Shown in pieces: positions 17,446 through 27,418 of a stretch of 64,000 nt of DNA (its first letter is position 1; each line of letters opens with the position of its first letter). The DNA is taken from assembly GCA_038230375.1 (NCBI GenBank), contig JBBRNJ010000040.1, positions 1 to 64,000 of the forward strand, in the 5' to 3' direction. This DNA is from Polyangiales bacterium (GTDB taxonomy: Bacteria; Myxococcota_A; Polyangia; Polyangiales; Polyangiaceae). Made by a program: the position numbers and the translations under genes. The notes below the pieces were generated by a model. It did not search any database and was not told the origin of the DNA. It saw only the letters and a program-made list of their open reading frames with translations.

Positions 17446-20400
17446 ATGAACTCCTCTAATACCCGCGCGATTGCCCTCTTCGGCGCCTTCATCTTGTGGG
17501 GCTGCGTCTCTGACCGCCCCGCTCGTAACGGCGTCTTCAACGACAACCAGTACGTCCGGAAGGACTTCCTGGTCGCTCCGGCCTCCGACGATGGGACCTC
17601 CCAGGATCCGGGCTGGTTCGTCCAGACGTCGATCCTCTCGACGTCCACACCCAACCCCCTCGCCAACGTGAATGGCGCAGGCCTGTTCGCTGGCGCGCAG
17701 GGCATCGGCCCCAACTTCGTCCGCTTCAAGTTCTACCAGGACAAGCTGGAGATGGTGGACGTCCGCGAGATCAACAACGACCCGATCATCGCGCAGCAGC
17801 AGCAGCGTCAGCCCGCCGTGGTCGACGCGTGGCCCTCGACGAACGTTGATCTCAAGTACCGCATCAACCTCGATGGCGAGACCACGAACTTCTACGAAGA
17901 GAATCAAGAGAACGACTGGCAGGTTCGCCAGTGGGTCAAGATCAACTTCGCGAAGAACGATCTCAACGACCTCTTCGCGTTCGGCGGCAACACCAGCCCG
18001 GTCATCCTGAAGTGCACCAACTACACGGAGGCCGCTGCCACGCTCGAGCCGGGTTCGTTCGTCACGAACGAGACCGACAAGACGATGAAGTTCACGGTCA
18101 ACCTGACGTGGCCGATCTACTTCGATGACACGAACGCGGCCGCCTGCCTCGAGGCTTTCGGCGCGTCCGGCACGAACTTCTTCCGGACGAACCGGCAGAA
18201 CGTCACGATGTCGATCGCATACAACTTCGTCCGCCCCGAGAAGGTCGTGGACGGGACGTACGTCCCAATGCAGGTCGCGGAGAAGGATCCGATCCGCCAC
18301 AAGTACGGCGCGTTCGAGATGACGCCGCTCTACCGCGACCAGAACTCGGGGCTCCTCAGCGCGCAGCAGCTGACCATGCGCTTCGATCCGAACAAGGACA
18401 TCGTCTACTACTTTGCGCCGGGCATGCCGAAGGAGTATCGCGAGTTCTTCGTCAAGACGATGGCCGACAAGACGAACGCGAACATCCTCGGGAAGACCGG
18501 CGGCAAGACCAAGTCGGGTGACCCCACGAAGCTCAGGTTCCTGAACTTCGATGACTACAAGGACTACGGCGACGGCCTTGGCGTCGACGGGCAGGGCGGT
18601 CCGAACAAGACCACCATCGGCCGTCAGTACGGTGACCCGCGCTACAGCTTCATCAACTGGCACTCGGATCTGGACAACGGCTCGGGCCTCCTGGGCATCG
18701 CGCAGTTCTTTTCCGACCCGCGTACGGGCGAGACCATCTCGGCGACCGTCAACGTCTTCGAAGGTCCGTTCAAGGACACCGTCCAGCAGCGCCTCGAGCT
18801 GTTCCTCACCACTGTTGGCCAGCAGTACCTGCTCCCGAACGGTGAGTTCGACGACAGCAAGTACGGCGGCAGCAGCTGCAAGGATGGCGACCAGATCGCG
18901 CTCGTGCCCGGCAACGTCGCAGGCCAGCTGAACCAGGCGTCCACGGTCTACGGCAAGATGCAGCAGTACCTGCAGAAGCCCACGGCGGTCTACGGCTACC
19001 TTGGCCCGTCGAACTTCGTTCCGCAGCACAACCAGGACTTCTACAACGCGTACTTCGCGGTCCTCCCGTACCAGGTGTACTCCGACCCGCAGGCGAACCC
19101 GTTCGTCACGCCGGAGATCAACGACTACGTCGCGGCGGGCGCCAAGCACTGGAAGGCGCTCGGCCGTCAGGCGGAGTTCCACCAGCTCGCCTCGCAGATC
19201 GACCACGGCCTGGATCGTACTCCACGGATGGGCCCGACGCGATCAAGGGCGCCGTGGCGTTCGCCAACAAGTGGGAGAGCCTCTCGGAGGACGTGAACTA
19301 CAACCAGTTCGCAAACTTCTACCGCCCTGGCATGCAGGCGGCGGACGACGCGACGCTCTTCTCCTACTTCGATGTCTACGCGAAGAATGGTCGCCACTGC
19401 GTTGGCGGTAAGTGGGAGTCGCGTGCGGACTACACCACGCACCTCATCACGAGCTTGAACGAGGGCGTGGCCGTCCACGAGTTCGGCCACACGCTCGGCC
19501 TGCGCCACAACTTCATGGGCTCGGTCGATCAGCGGAACTTCCCGCTCGATCCGGTGGGCAAGCCGATGATGTTCTCGTCCAGCATCATGGACTACAACCA
19601 GTTCATCTCCGAGGCGTTCTTCGAGACGAATGGTGCGAGTACCGGCTGGGGTCCGTACGACGCGGCGGCGCTCGGCTGGATCTACAGCAACAACCTCTCC
19701 GCCAACGCGATCGGCCCCGCGCCGACGCCCATGGGCAGCACGTCGAAGGGCATCTCCGGTCAGGTGTCGAACACCTTGCCGTGGAAGGACCCGCTCGGCT
19801 TCCAGGCCGGCACCACGGAGGTCCCCTACCTCTTCTGCACGGACGACCACCTCGCGTACACGCCGATGTGCCGCCAGTACGACATGGGTACGACCCCTGC
19901 CGAGATCATGGCGAACGGGATCCAGCAGCGTGAGTGGAACTACCTCTGGACGAACTTCCGCCTGTACCACAAGTATGCGGACTTCTCGGCGTACGACGTC
20001 AGCGTTGTCCGGGACTTCGGCGAGATGCGCCGCTTCCTGGCCCTCTGGGACTTCGACTGGTCCGGCGGTGAGCTCACCAACACGCTCCGCCTCATCGGCA
20101 CGCCGGTGCCCGTCGGCGCCAACGCGGCCGAGTACTACAACCAGCTCACCGACAAGTTCAACACGGACATCTCCGTGGCGAACCAGCTCGGTGCGGCCTA
20201 CCACCGCGCCATCATCGAGCAGGGCTCGGGCGAGCGTCCGTTCATCACCGTCTACGATCCGTTCTTCGGTGACACCACGCAGCAGGGTATCCAGCTCGAC
20301 AAGGTCGAAGCGACCACGTCGTTCAGCACGCTCTGGCCGGCGATCAGCAACTTCGATCCCAGCCAGGCCGGTAACTTCTACATCTCGTCGGTCGGCGGAA

Positions 20401-20999
20401 CGATCGGCGACTCGACCTACACCACCGTGTCGCAGGCGACCCTCGTCGACTTCCTCGGCGCCGGCTTCGCGACGTACACGTACGCGCAGCTCGGACCGCT
20501 TGCGAACTTCGCGGCCACCACGCACAGCACGAACTACAACGGCAACCCCGCTCTGCAGAGCTGGGTCGGTGGTTGGGCGTTCGACCGCGAGCGAGATTTT
20601 CTCGACTTCGTTCACTCGATCGCCATCAAGAACCAGTTCCAGAACTGCGACGAGAACGGCGTGAACTGCAGCCCGTGCAAGACGCTCGACAACTGCACCT
20701 GGGATCCCCGCACACAGCAGGTGAAAGCGAGTCACCTGACCCAGTCGGACCGCTACTACCGCTTCCAGGGTCCGGACGGCCGCACGTACATCTGGGGCTT
20801 CCTGAAGAGCCGCAACCAGTGGATCCTGGCCGACAAGGATCGCAACGTTGCCACGTACAAGCTGATGCTCGACTGGAACACCGACGTCGTGAACAACCTC
20901 GACGACGGCACCGGCGGCGCCCACGCGCTCGAGTTCAAGGTCCGCTACGCAGTCGACGCCTTCCGTTACTACGACGGACAGGCGCTGGCCGCCCCCTGA
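17446..20999 (+). CDS. Zinc-dependent metalloprotease lipoprotein (EcxA/DUF4953-like), split by an apparent 1-nt deletion at ~19216 (ORFs 17446-19296 and 19254-20999)
   Basis: LWGC lipobox; GDPRYS, DPRTGETISA in part 1; HEFGHTLGLRHNF and SSIMDY Met-turn in part 2; restoring one C (GAT C[C]G TAC) joins the frames. Confidence 0.85.
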
Positions 21000-21022
21000 G
21001 TCACCTCAAGAGTGACTGACCA

Positions 21023-21064
21023 GAGCCGCCGCACCTGCAAAGGTCGCGGCGGCTTCTTCTTTTT
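21023..21064 (+). terminator. Rho-independent terminator
   Basis: GAGCCGCCGC-ACCT-GCAA-AGGT-C-GCGGCGGCTTC then TTCTTTTT. Confidence 0.8.
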
Positions 21065-21092
21065 CGCACGAAATTGCAAACAGCGACGCTGT

Positions 21093-21602
21093 TCAGAAGC
21101 CTTGCCAGTGACCGCTGCGTAGCGAGAATTTGGCGTCGCTGGGCTCTCCGGCGAAGTTGTCGGCACTGGGGTGGCGGAAGACCAGGCGGTCCACGTCGTC
21201 GTGCTTCATGTCCCAGCGCTCGTCCCACTTGCCGTCGCGCGTGAGGTCTATGAGGACGACGCCGATCCAGTGCTCGGGGATGCTGCCGACAAGCTTCACG
21301 CGGTAGGGCTGCGATGGGAACACGTCGTCCATGTGGGATTGATTGAGCTGCCCGGAGGCAATGGCCGCGAAGATCTCGCGGTCCATCTGCCGGAGCTGGA
21401 CGCCCTGCAGGCGCGGGTCCGTCTTCAGGTTGTAGATCTGACCGCCATCCGGCGCACCGCTGAAGATCGTCGCGGAGCTGGACGGTGCAGGGGACGGACG
21501 CGAAGGCCGAGAGGAGCGCCAGACCTGTCCGAGGACCGCGCCAACGAGCAGCGCGCCCGCGGCGATCGCGAGCTGGCGAATGAGCTTGCTTGAGAGCGCC
21601 AT
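21093..21602 (-). CDS. Hypothetical membrane-anchored protein
   Basis: N-terminal TM (LAIAAGALLVGAVLG); IDLTRDGKWDERW motif. Confidence 0.65.
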   Translation of the reverse strand: MALSSKLIRQLAIAAGALLVGAVLGQVWRSSRPSRPSPAPSSSATIFSGAPDGGQIYNLKTDPRLQGVQLRQMDREIFAAIASGQLNQSHMDDVFPSQPYRVKLVGSIPEHWIGVVLIDLTRDGKWDERWDMKHDDVDRLVFRHPSADNFAGEPSDAKFSLRSGHWQGF

Positions 21603-21670
21603 GACACCCCTACGCCTACGCCCGATCTTGGTGCGAACGCAACCGGTTTGCGCGCCGAATTGTCCGGGAT

Positions 21671-23050
21671 CTAGTGGTTCGTGGTGAGCAGCTGCGCCAC
21701 CGCGTCCGCGTCTGCGGCGCAGTCGATGGGTGTATGATGCAGGCGTGAGGTGACGCCTCTGAGCTTGCCCTCGGCGTACCCGAGCTTCATCTCCGTGAAC
21801 TTCAGGCCGTGGGCCGTGGACACGAGCACCACGCGGTCTGTCTCCTTCACGTGGCCCTTCGCGCGCGCCTTTCGCAGCGCTGCGAGCGCCACCGCGGTCT
21901 GCGGGCACACGTAGAGCCCACGCACGTCCGCGCGGGCCGCCGCGTCCGCGAGCTCGTTCTCGGTCGCGTCCTCGGCGATGCCGTTCATCTCACGCAGCGC
22001 CCGCATGGCGCGCTCTCCGCTCACCGGCGCACCGATCCGGATCGCCGTGGCGAGTGTCTCACCTGCCTTGATGGGCGCGATCTCCGATGCGCCAGCGGCC
22101 ACCGCGCGAACCATGGGATTCGCCGCCTCGGCCTGCGCCACCAGTAGCCGCGGAAGAGAGGACGTGACGCCCAGCGCCTTCATCAGGGAAAAGCCCGCAT
22201 AGAGCGCGGACGCGTTGCCCAGGTTGCCGCTCGGCAGCACCACCCAGTCCGGCACCTCCCAGCCGAGCTGCGCGGCGATCTCGAAGGCGACGGTCTTCTG
22301 TCCCTCGATGCGAAGCGCGTTCATCGAGTTCGCGAGGTACACGCGCCCGCGCGCGGCGAGCTCCGACACCACGCGCATGCAGCCGTCGAAGTCCGTGTCG
22401 AGCGCGAGGACCTTCGCGCCGTGCGCCAGCGGCTGCACCAGCTGCGCGTTCGAGACCAGACCCTTCGGGAGCAGCACGCACACAGGCAGACCCGCGAGCG
22501 CGCCGTACGCAGCAAGCGCCGCGGACGTGTCGCCCGTGCTCGCGCACGCGATCGCGAGGACATCTAGCAGGCCTTGTTTCTTCGCCTGGTTCACCACGGA
22601 CACGAGCACCGTCATGCCCAGATCCTTGAAGCTGCCCGTGTGCGAAGTCCCGCACTGCTTCACGAACAGCTCCGGCACGCCCAGGTCCACGCCCGCGCGG
22701 TGCGCGTACAGCAGCGGAGAGCGACCCTCACCCGTGCTCACGATGTTCTCGCGAAGGACCCAGGGCATCACCCACTCGTGATGCGCCCACACGCCAGACT
22801 GCGACGTCTCACGGTCGGGCCCGCTCGAGCCGCCCGGCTGCGCGCGCGTGGCGAGCAGCGACTTCCATTCCGAAGCAGAGCGCGCCCGCAGCGCCTCGAG
22901 ATCGTGCGCGACCTCGAACAGACCGCCGCACGTGGGGCAACGAAACACAGGCGCGTGGAGTGGCGTCGTGCCCGGGCAGCCGCGGATGCATCGAAACGCA
23001 GCGGAGAACGTGGAGCTCGCGGGACCCGTGGAGTCCGTGGTGGAGCTCAT
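21671..23050 (-). CDS. thrC: Threonine synthase
   Basis: KQCGTSHTGSFKDLGMT (PLP Lys), CASTGDTSAAL, RIEGQKT, PSGNLGN, STAHGLKF. Confidence 0.93.
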   Translation of the reverse strand: MSSTTDSTGPASSTFSAAFRCIRGCPGTTPLHAPVFRCPTCGGLFEVAHDLEALRARSASEWKSLLATRAQPGGSSGPDRETSQSGVWAHHEWVMPWVLRENIVSTGEGRSPLLYAHRAGVDLGVPELFVKQCGTSHTGSFKDLGMTVLVSVVNQAKKQGLLDVLAIACASTGDTSAALAAYGALAGLPVCVLLPKGLVSNAQLVQPLAHGAKVLALDTDFDGCMRVVSELAARGRVYLANSMNALRIEGQKTVAFEIAAQLGWEVPDWVVLPSGNLGNASALYAGFSLMKALGVTSSLPRLLVAQAEAANPMVRAVAAGASEIAPIKAGETLATAIRIGAPVSGERAMRALREMNGIAEDATENELADAAARADVRGLYVCPQTAVALAALRKARAKGHVKETDRVVLVSTAHGLKFTEMKLGYAEGKLRGVTSRLHHTPIDCAADADAVAQLLTTNH

Positions 23051-24270
23051 TGCGGTACGCAGCGGAGAAAATGCGTGAGGCCGGTGCGCGGTCGGCACAC
23101 CCAGGTCACGAGTCCGGCATCTCCGCTCGCGCGCCTGGGGAGGCAGTCCTCGTCGGTGCAGCAGATGTCGCTGCAGACGCCCATGCCGGCGCCGTCGGCC
23201 TTGTCGCAGTAGCCGCTCTTGCACTTGGTGCCCAGCGAGCAGCCTGTACCGAAGTCGCTGCCGCCGACGGTGCCGCCGTTGCCGAAGCTGTACGTATCGC
23301 CGTTGCCGAGAGACTGCGAGTCGCACAGGACGTGGCCCGCTGTCACTGCGGAGCTCAAGCTGCAGCACGGTCCCAGGCACGAGTTGGTGGCGCACACCCC
23401 GGAGAGGCAGGAGTCAACGGGACCCGGGCACACGTTGGTTGATCCCGCAGCGTAGACCGAGCACGCGTAGGACTTGTGCGTGGTCCCCTCCACGTCCAGT
23501 GGTCTACACTTCGCGCCCAGCACGTCGGCCGGAGTGCCCGCGCAGTTGGCATCCGAACAGCACGAGTCCGCGCAGACCTTGTGGGTGGCGCCGCCCGAGT
23601 CTCCGATGCACTTGCCCGAGCGGCAGTCACTGTCCACGGCGCACACGGCGCCCCCGGACTTTGCGCCGAGCGTTCGCTTGAGCGAGGCCGCGGGAACGCA
23701 GTACTTGCCGCCTGTACCCCGGCCGACACACACGAGGCCCGGGCCGCACTGCTCCGAGGTGCAGCACGGAATGGTGCATACTGCACCGACCTTGTTGAAG
23801 TAGTCCTGGCCCAGGATCGCGCTGTCCGCGCAGAGCGTCGTGGTGCAGTCGCTCGGCTTCTGGCACGTGTGGCCCACGTCGTACGGTGGGACCTCGGCGT
23901 CGCCCACGGGGCCGCTCTCCTTGCCGCTCGAGCTGTCCGCGATGCCGGTGTCGCTCGTGCCTGCCTCGACCACGCCGGACACGCACTGGAGCGTTGCGGG
24001 ATCGCACGTGAGCCCGCTGGCGCAGGGGTTCGCGAGGCACGACTTGGAGGCGAGGATGCACTGACCCGTGGCCATCGCGCAGACCTTGCCCGAGGGGCAG
24101 GAGGATGGGTCGGAGTCGGAGCAGGTGAATGCCGGCACCGTGCTCCCGACGATCGCCTCGCAGCCCGTCGCGCTGGCCGCGAGCACGAGCATCAGCGGCG
24201 CCACCACGGGCAAGACGCGCAGAAGGCTGCGGAGGGCGGGTGCGCGGCGCGTTCCGGGTGCAGCGTCCAT
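23047..24270 (-). CDS. Cys-rich (Dickkopf-like repeat) lipoprotein
   Basis: ATGC lipobox; many C-x-x-D-x-D-C and CC motifs. Confidence 0.8.
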   Translation of the reverse strand: MDAAPGTRRAPALRSLLRVLPVVAPLMLVLAASATGCEAIVGSTVPAFTCSDSDPSSCPSGKVCAMATGQCILASKSCLANPCASGLTCDPATLQCVSGVVEAGTSDTGIADSSSGKESGPVGDAEVPPYDVGHTCQKPSDCTTTLCADSAILGQDYFNKVGAVCTIPCCTSEQCGPGLVCVGRGTGGKYCVPAASLKRTLGAKSGGAVCAVDSDCRSGKCIGDSGGATHKVCADSCCSDANCAGTPADVLGAKCRPLDVEGTTHKSYACSVYAAGSTNVCPGPVDSCLSGVCATNSCLGPCCSLSSAVTAGHVLCDSQSLGNGDTYSFGNGGTVGGSDFGTGCSLGTKCKSGYCDKADGAGMGVCSDICCTDEDCLPRRASGDAGLVTWVCRPRTGLTHFLRCVPQ

Positions 24271-25124
24271 CAGAACTCACCCCCGAGCATGACGGCGCCA
24301 CCATTCGGCGTGGGGCCTGCGCTCGCCCCGGTGATCTTCACGTGACCGACCTCGGTCCTGGGAAGGGAGATGGGCTTGTCCTTCTCGCGCGCAAGGTACA
24401 GCACCGCGGCCGCGATGATCCCCGCGCCGCCCACGGCAAAGCCGATGTCGGAGATGAACGCCTCCTTGTGGGCGGTGTCCTGCTTCGACTGGAGGTTCGA
24501 GAAAGGGTTCGTCTTGCTGGTGGTCGCGTTCGAAGCAGGCGCGTCCCCGAGCGCCTTCACACCGAACACCGTGCCAACGCCGATGCCGGCGACGCCGATC
24601 GCGGCAGCGCTGATGGTCGCCGCGTCCACGCGCCCATGCGGCTTCTTCTCCGGCTTGTCCGGCGGCAGTGGCGGCGGCGGCGGAGCGGAGGCGCTTGGGC
24701 TGGTGGGAGGGGGGAGGGCGGCCTTGGCTCCTTCGACGCGCTTGATGTAGCTGTCGGCGCGCGCCTTCTCCGCCTCCGTGATGCCGGCCATGGTCAGGTA
24801 CTGCCGATAGTACTTCAGGGCGTCGTCGTACTTGGCCAGGCGCTCCGACACGAGGCCCAGGTTGAAGATCAGATCCTTCGCGAACGGGTCGAGCTTCCGT
24901 GCGAGCTGCAGCTCCGCGATGGCGTCCGGGTAGTGACCGCCCGCGTAGAGATCCTTCGCGCGGGTGAAGTGATCCTGCGCGGCCGCCTTGGCCTCCGCGG
25001 TCGGGGGTATCGCGCTGTTCGGGTCCACCTGCGGGTCCGCCCCGTACGCAGAGCCTGCGCTGATCCACGCGGCGCCGCATGAAACGGCCACGATCAAGAG
25101 AGGGCCCAGCCCACGCCGCATCAT
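24270..25124 (-). CDS. Secreted tetratricopeptide repeat protein
   Basis: Signal peptide; TPR (HFTRAKDLYAGGHYPDAIAEL...FNLGLV...ALKYYRQYL); Pro linker; hydrophobic helices; terminal F. Confidence 0.8.
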   Translation of the reverse strand: MMRRGLGPLLIVAVSCGAAWISAGSAYGADPQVDPNSAIPPTAEAKAAAQDHFTRAKDLYAGGHYPDAIAELQLARKLDPFAKDLIFNLGLVSERLAKYDDALKYYRQYLTMAGITEAEKARADSYIKRVEGAKAALPPPTSPSASAPPPPPLPPDKPEKKPHGRVDAATISAAAIGVAGIGVGTVFGVKALGDAPASNATTSKTNPFSNLQSKQDTAHKEAFISDIGFAVGGAGIIAAAVLYLAREKDKPISLPRTEVGHVKITGASAGPTPNGGAVMLGGEF

Positions 25125-25206
25125 TGAAAGCATAGCAGGAAAAGGCACCCCCTGGACCCGAGAATCCAGGGTGTAAGGTTCGGCGGCCGGGCGCGTTTCC
25201 TGGGAC

Positions 25207-25884
25207 ATGCAAACCACGAAAAGACTCGGATGCATGTGCTTCGCGCTCGCCATAGGCGTGTTTGGCGCGTCGCTGACCGCCCTTGCAGGCGAGGGGACGG
25301 CCCACGCGGACGACCGCTTCTCCACGCCTCCGCCCGGCCGAGAGCCCACCGCGGTGGTCGCCGTGGACCCGGACTACAACCCGCCGCCGCCTCCTCCGCC
25401 GCTTGCCGTCCCGTACCGCGCCCCTGTGCGCATCGAGCTCGGCCCGAGCTTCATCACGTCCGGAAAGGGCATCGGTTACGGCCTCACGGGCGGTGTCGGC
25501 GTGGGGACGGGCACCGTGGGGGGGCGCTTCACGGCGAGCTTCTTCCGGGGCGAGGGCGGCGACAACAACAACAAGGACGCACCCACGGGCGCCTCCACGT
25601 CCCAGTACCTGGCGGAGCTGGTGCTCGACCTCAAGAAGCGCGGAACGCTCCACCCGGTCGTCGCCATGGGGGCGGGGCTCGTACATGTCGACAAGGGCGG
25701 CACCAGCGGCGAGGCAGGCGTGGGCACCGCGCGTGTCGGCGTCGAGTACCAGTTCCCGGTCGACGACGCGGACGTACGCGCGGGCGCATCGCTCATGGGC
25801 GCGCTCGCAGGCCCCGCGTCCGACGAGGTGAAGGATCTGAAGGCGTACGGCATCTTCGACGTGCACGTGGCTGTGGGCTTCTGA
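25207..25884 (+). CDS. Outer-membrane beta-barrel protein
   Basis: Signal peptide AHA; alternating amphipathic strands; C-terminal VHVAVGF. Confidence 0.7.
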   Translation: MQTTKRLGCMCFALAIGVFGASLTALAGEGTAHADDRFSTPPPGREPTAVVAVDPDYNPPPPPPPLAVPYRAPVRIELGPSFITSGKGIGYGLTGGVGVGTGTVGGRFTASFFRGEGGDNNNKDAPTGASTSQYLAELVLDLKKRGTLHPVVAMGAGLVHVDKGGTSGEAGVGTARVGVEYQFPVDDADVRAGASLMGALAGPASDEVKDLKAYGIFDVHVAVGF

Positions 25885-25912
25885 CACTTCTCGCGGTAGG
25901 ACTGGCGGCACT

Positions 25913-27418
25913 TTGGCCAAGACGTCCGCGCCGCCCGATCCACCGAAGGCAGACGAAGAGCCCGCGTTCATGCGGCTCTCGCGTCACGTCGGGCTAGGGC
26001 TGTTTGTCGTGGTGTCGTGTGTGGCGCTGCTCGCCACGCTGGCGTGGGCACTCGGGACCATGCGCTCGCGCCCGCTCGACGGCGTGGAGGGCGAGATCGT
26101 CTTCGAGGCGATGCGCCTGCGCGAAAAGCATGCACTCTACATTGACCCCGTCGTGGGCGATCTCTCTGCAGGCGACCCGGCGACGCGCTACTTCGTCCTG
26201 TATCCGCCGCTCTTCTCGTGGCTCGTTTCGCTGCTGCCCGTGTCCAGCGTCGCGGGCGCGACCCTTTGCATACGCGTGATCGCGACCGCCGCGTGGGGCG
26301 CTGCAGTGGTCGTGCTGGCTCGCCGCGGCCACGCCGAGAAGCGGACGCGCGCGCGCACGGTCCTGGTCCTTGGCGGCGCGGCGTTCGTCGCGGGCACCTA
26401 CGTGCTCTCGCTCTATGGGGCATCAGGCAGGCCGGATGCGCTCGCGTTGCTCCTTGCTGCGCTGGGCCTGTCACGGGCGGTGAGCAAGGGGCGCGTGGAT
26501 GCGCTCTCGGGCGCGCTGTTCGCGCTCGCGGTGTTCGTGAAGCCCAACGTGCTGGGGCTGGGCACCGGCGCGATGACGGCAACGTTCCTCCGGCATCGCG
26601 CGCGCTCGTGGGCGGGCCTGGGCTCGTTCGCCGGGACGGCAGCGTTGCTCTGCGCGGTGCTCTACTTCGCGAGCGGCGGTCAGTTCCTCACGCACCTCAC
26701 GGCGTCCACGGCGCAGGACACCTCGGCGTCGCTCTGGCTCTCGCAGATGGGCTCGCGTCTGCCGTTCTTCCTCGCGCCCATCGCGCTGGGGCTCGTTTGC
26801 GGCGTGCGCCACTTCAAGGACGACCACACGTTCATCGCGTTCGCGGCGCTGGGCGCGAGCTTCTGCTGGGCCCTCCTGTCGCTGTCGAAGATCGGCAGCG
26901 CATCGAACTACTGGATGGAGCCGTGCCTTGGTGCGCTGTGCATCCTGTCGCGCGCGCCGGAGTTGTCGCTCGGTCGTGGGACGGCGTTTGCTGCGGTGCT
27001 CCTGGGCGTGCAGGCGCCGTACGACGGCGTGGCCAGCATCAAGAGCTCCTTCGAGGGCCTGTCCTTGGCGCCCGCACAGCGCGCGGCCCTCGACGCAATC
27101 CGTGCATCCTGCAACGATCGCCCGGGCGCCACCACGCTCGCGGACGAGCCCGGCACCGAGCTCGAGATCGACGGCCGCGTGGTGGACACCGCGTTCCAGT
27201 TCGCGCACACCCGCAACGAGGCGCTCGCACGTGCCTGGGAGCGCTCCGTGGACAGCCCGAACGTGCGCTGCGTCGTCGTCCAGAGCGATCTCCTGGAGCG
27301 CACGGGCGAGGACAGCGTCCGCGATGATCGCTTCTCCGTTCCCGTGAAAAACGCGATGCGCCAGCGTTTCCAGCTCGAAAAGACCAACGCCGGGTTCTAC
27401 ATCTACCGGGCACGATGA
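25913..27418 (+). CDS. Polytopic membrane protein, GT-C-type glycosyltransferase-like
   Basis: Many TM helices; YPPLF, RPDALA, ALAVFVKPN motifs. Confidence 0.65.
   Translation: MAKTSAPPDPPKADEEPAFMRLSRHVGLGLFVVVSCVALLATLAWALGTMRSRPLDGVEGEIVFEAMRLREKHALYIDPVVGDLSAGDPATRYFVLYPPLFSWLVSLLPVSSVAGATLCIRVIATAAWGAAVVVLARRGHAEKRTRARTVLVLGGAAFVAGTYVLSLYGASGRPDALALLLAALGLSRAVSKGRVDALSGALFALAVFVKPNVLGLGTGAMTATFLRHRARSWAGLGSFAGTAALLCAVLYFASGGQFLTHLTASTAQDTSASLWLSQMGSRLPFFLAPIALGLVCGVRHFKDDHTFIAFAALGASFCWALLSLSKIGSASNYWMEPCLGALCILSRAPELSLGRGTAFAAVLLGVQAPYDGVASIKSSFEGLSLAPAQRAALDAIRASCNDRPGATTLADEPGTELEIDGRVVDTAFQFAHTRNEALARAWERSVDSPNVRCVVVQSDLLERTGEDSVRDDRFSVPVKNAMRQRFQLEKTNAGFYIYRAR

Noticed and set aside
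14364..20924. Very long minus-strand ORFs (1121, 611 and 585 aa) and similar antisense ORFs throughout the window
   Set aside because: Shadows of GC3-biased genes on the opposite strand; V/R/E/D-rich translations with no motifs
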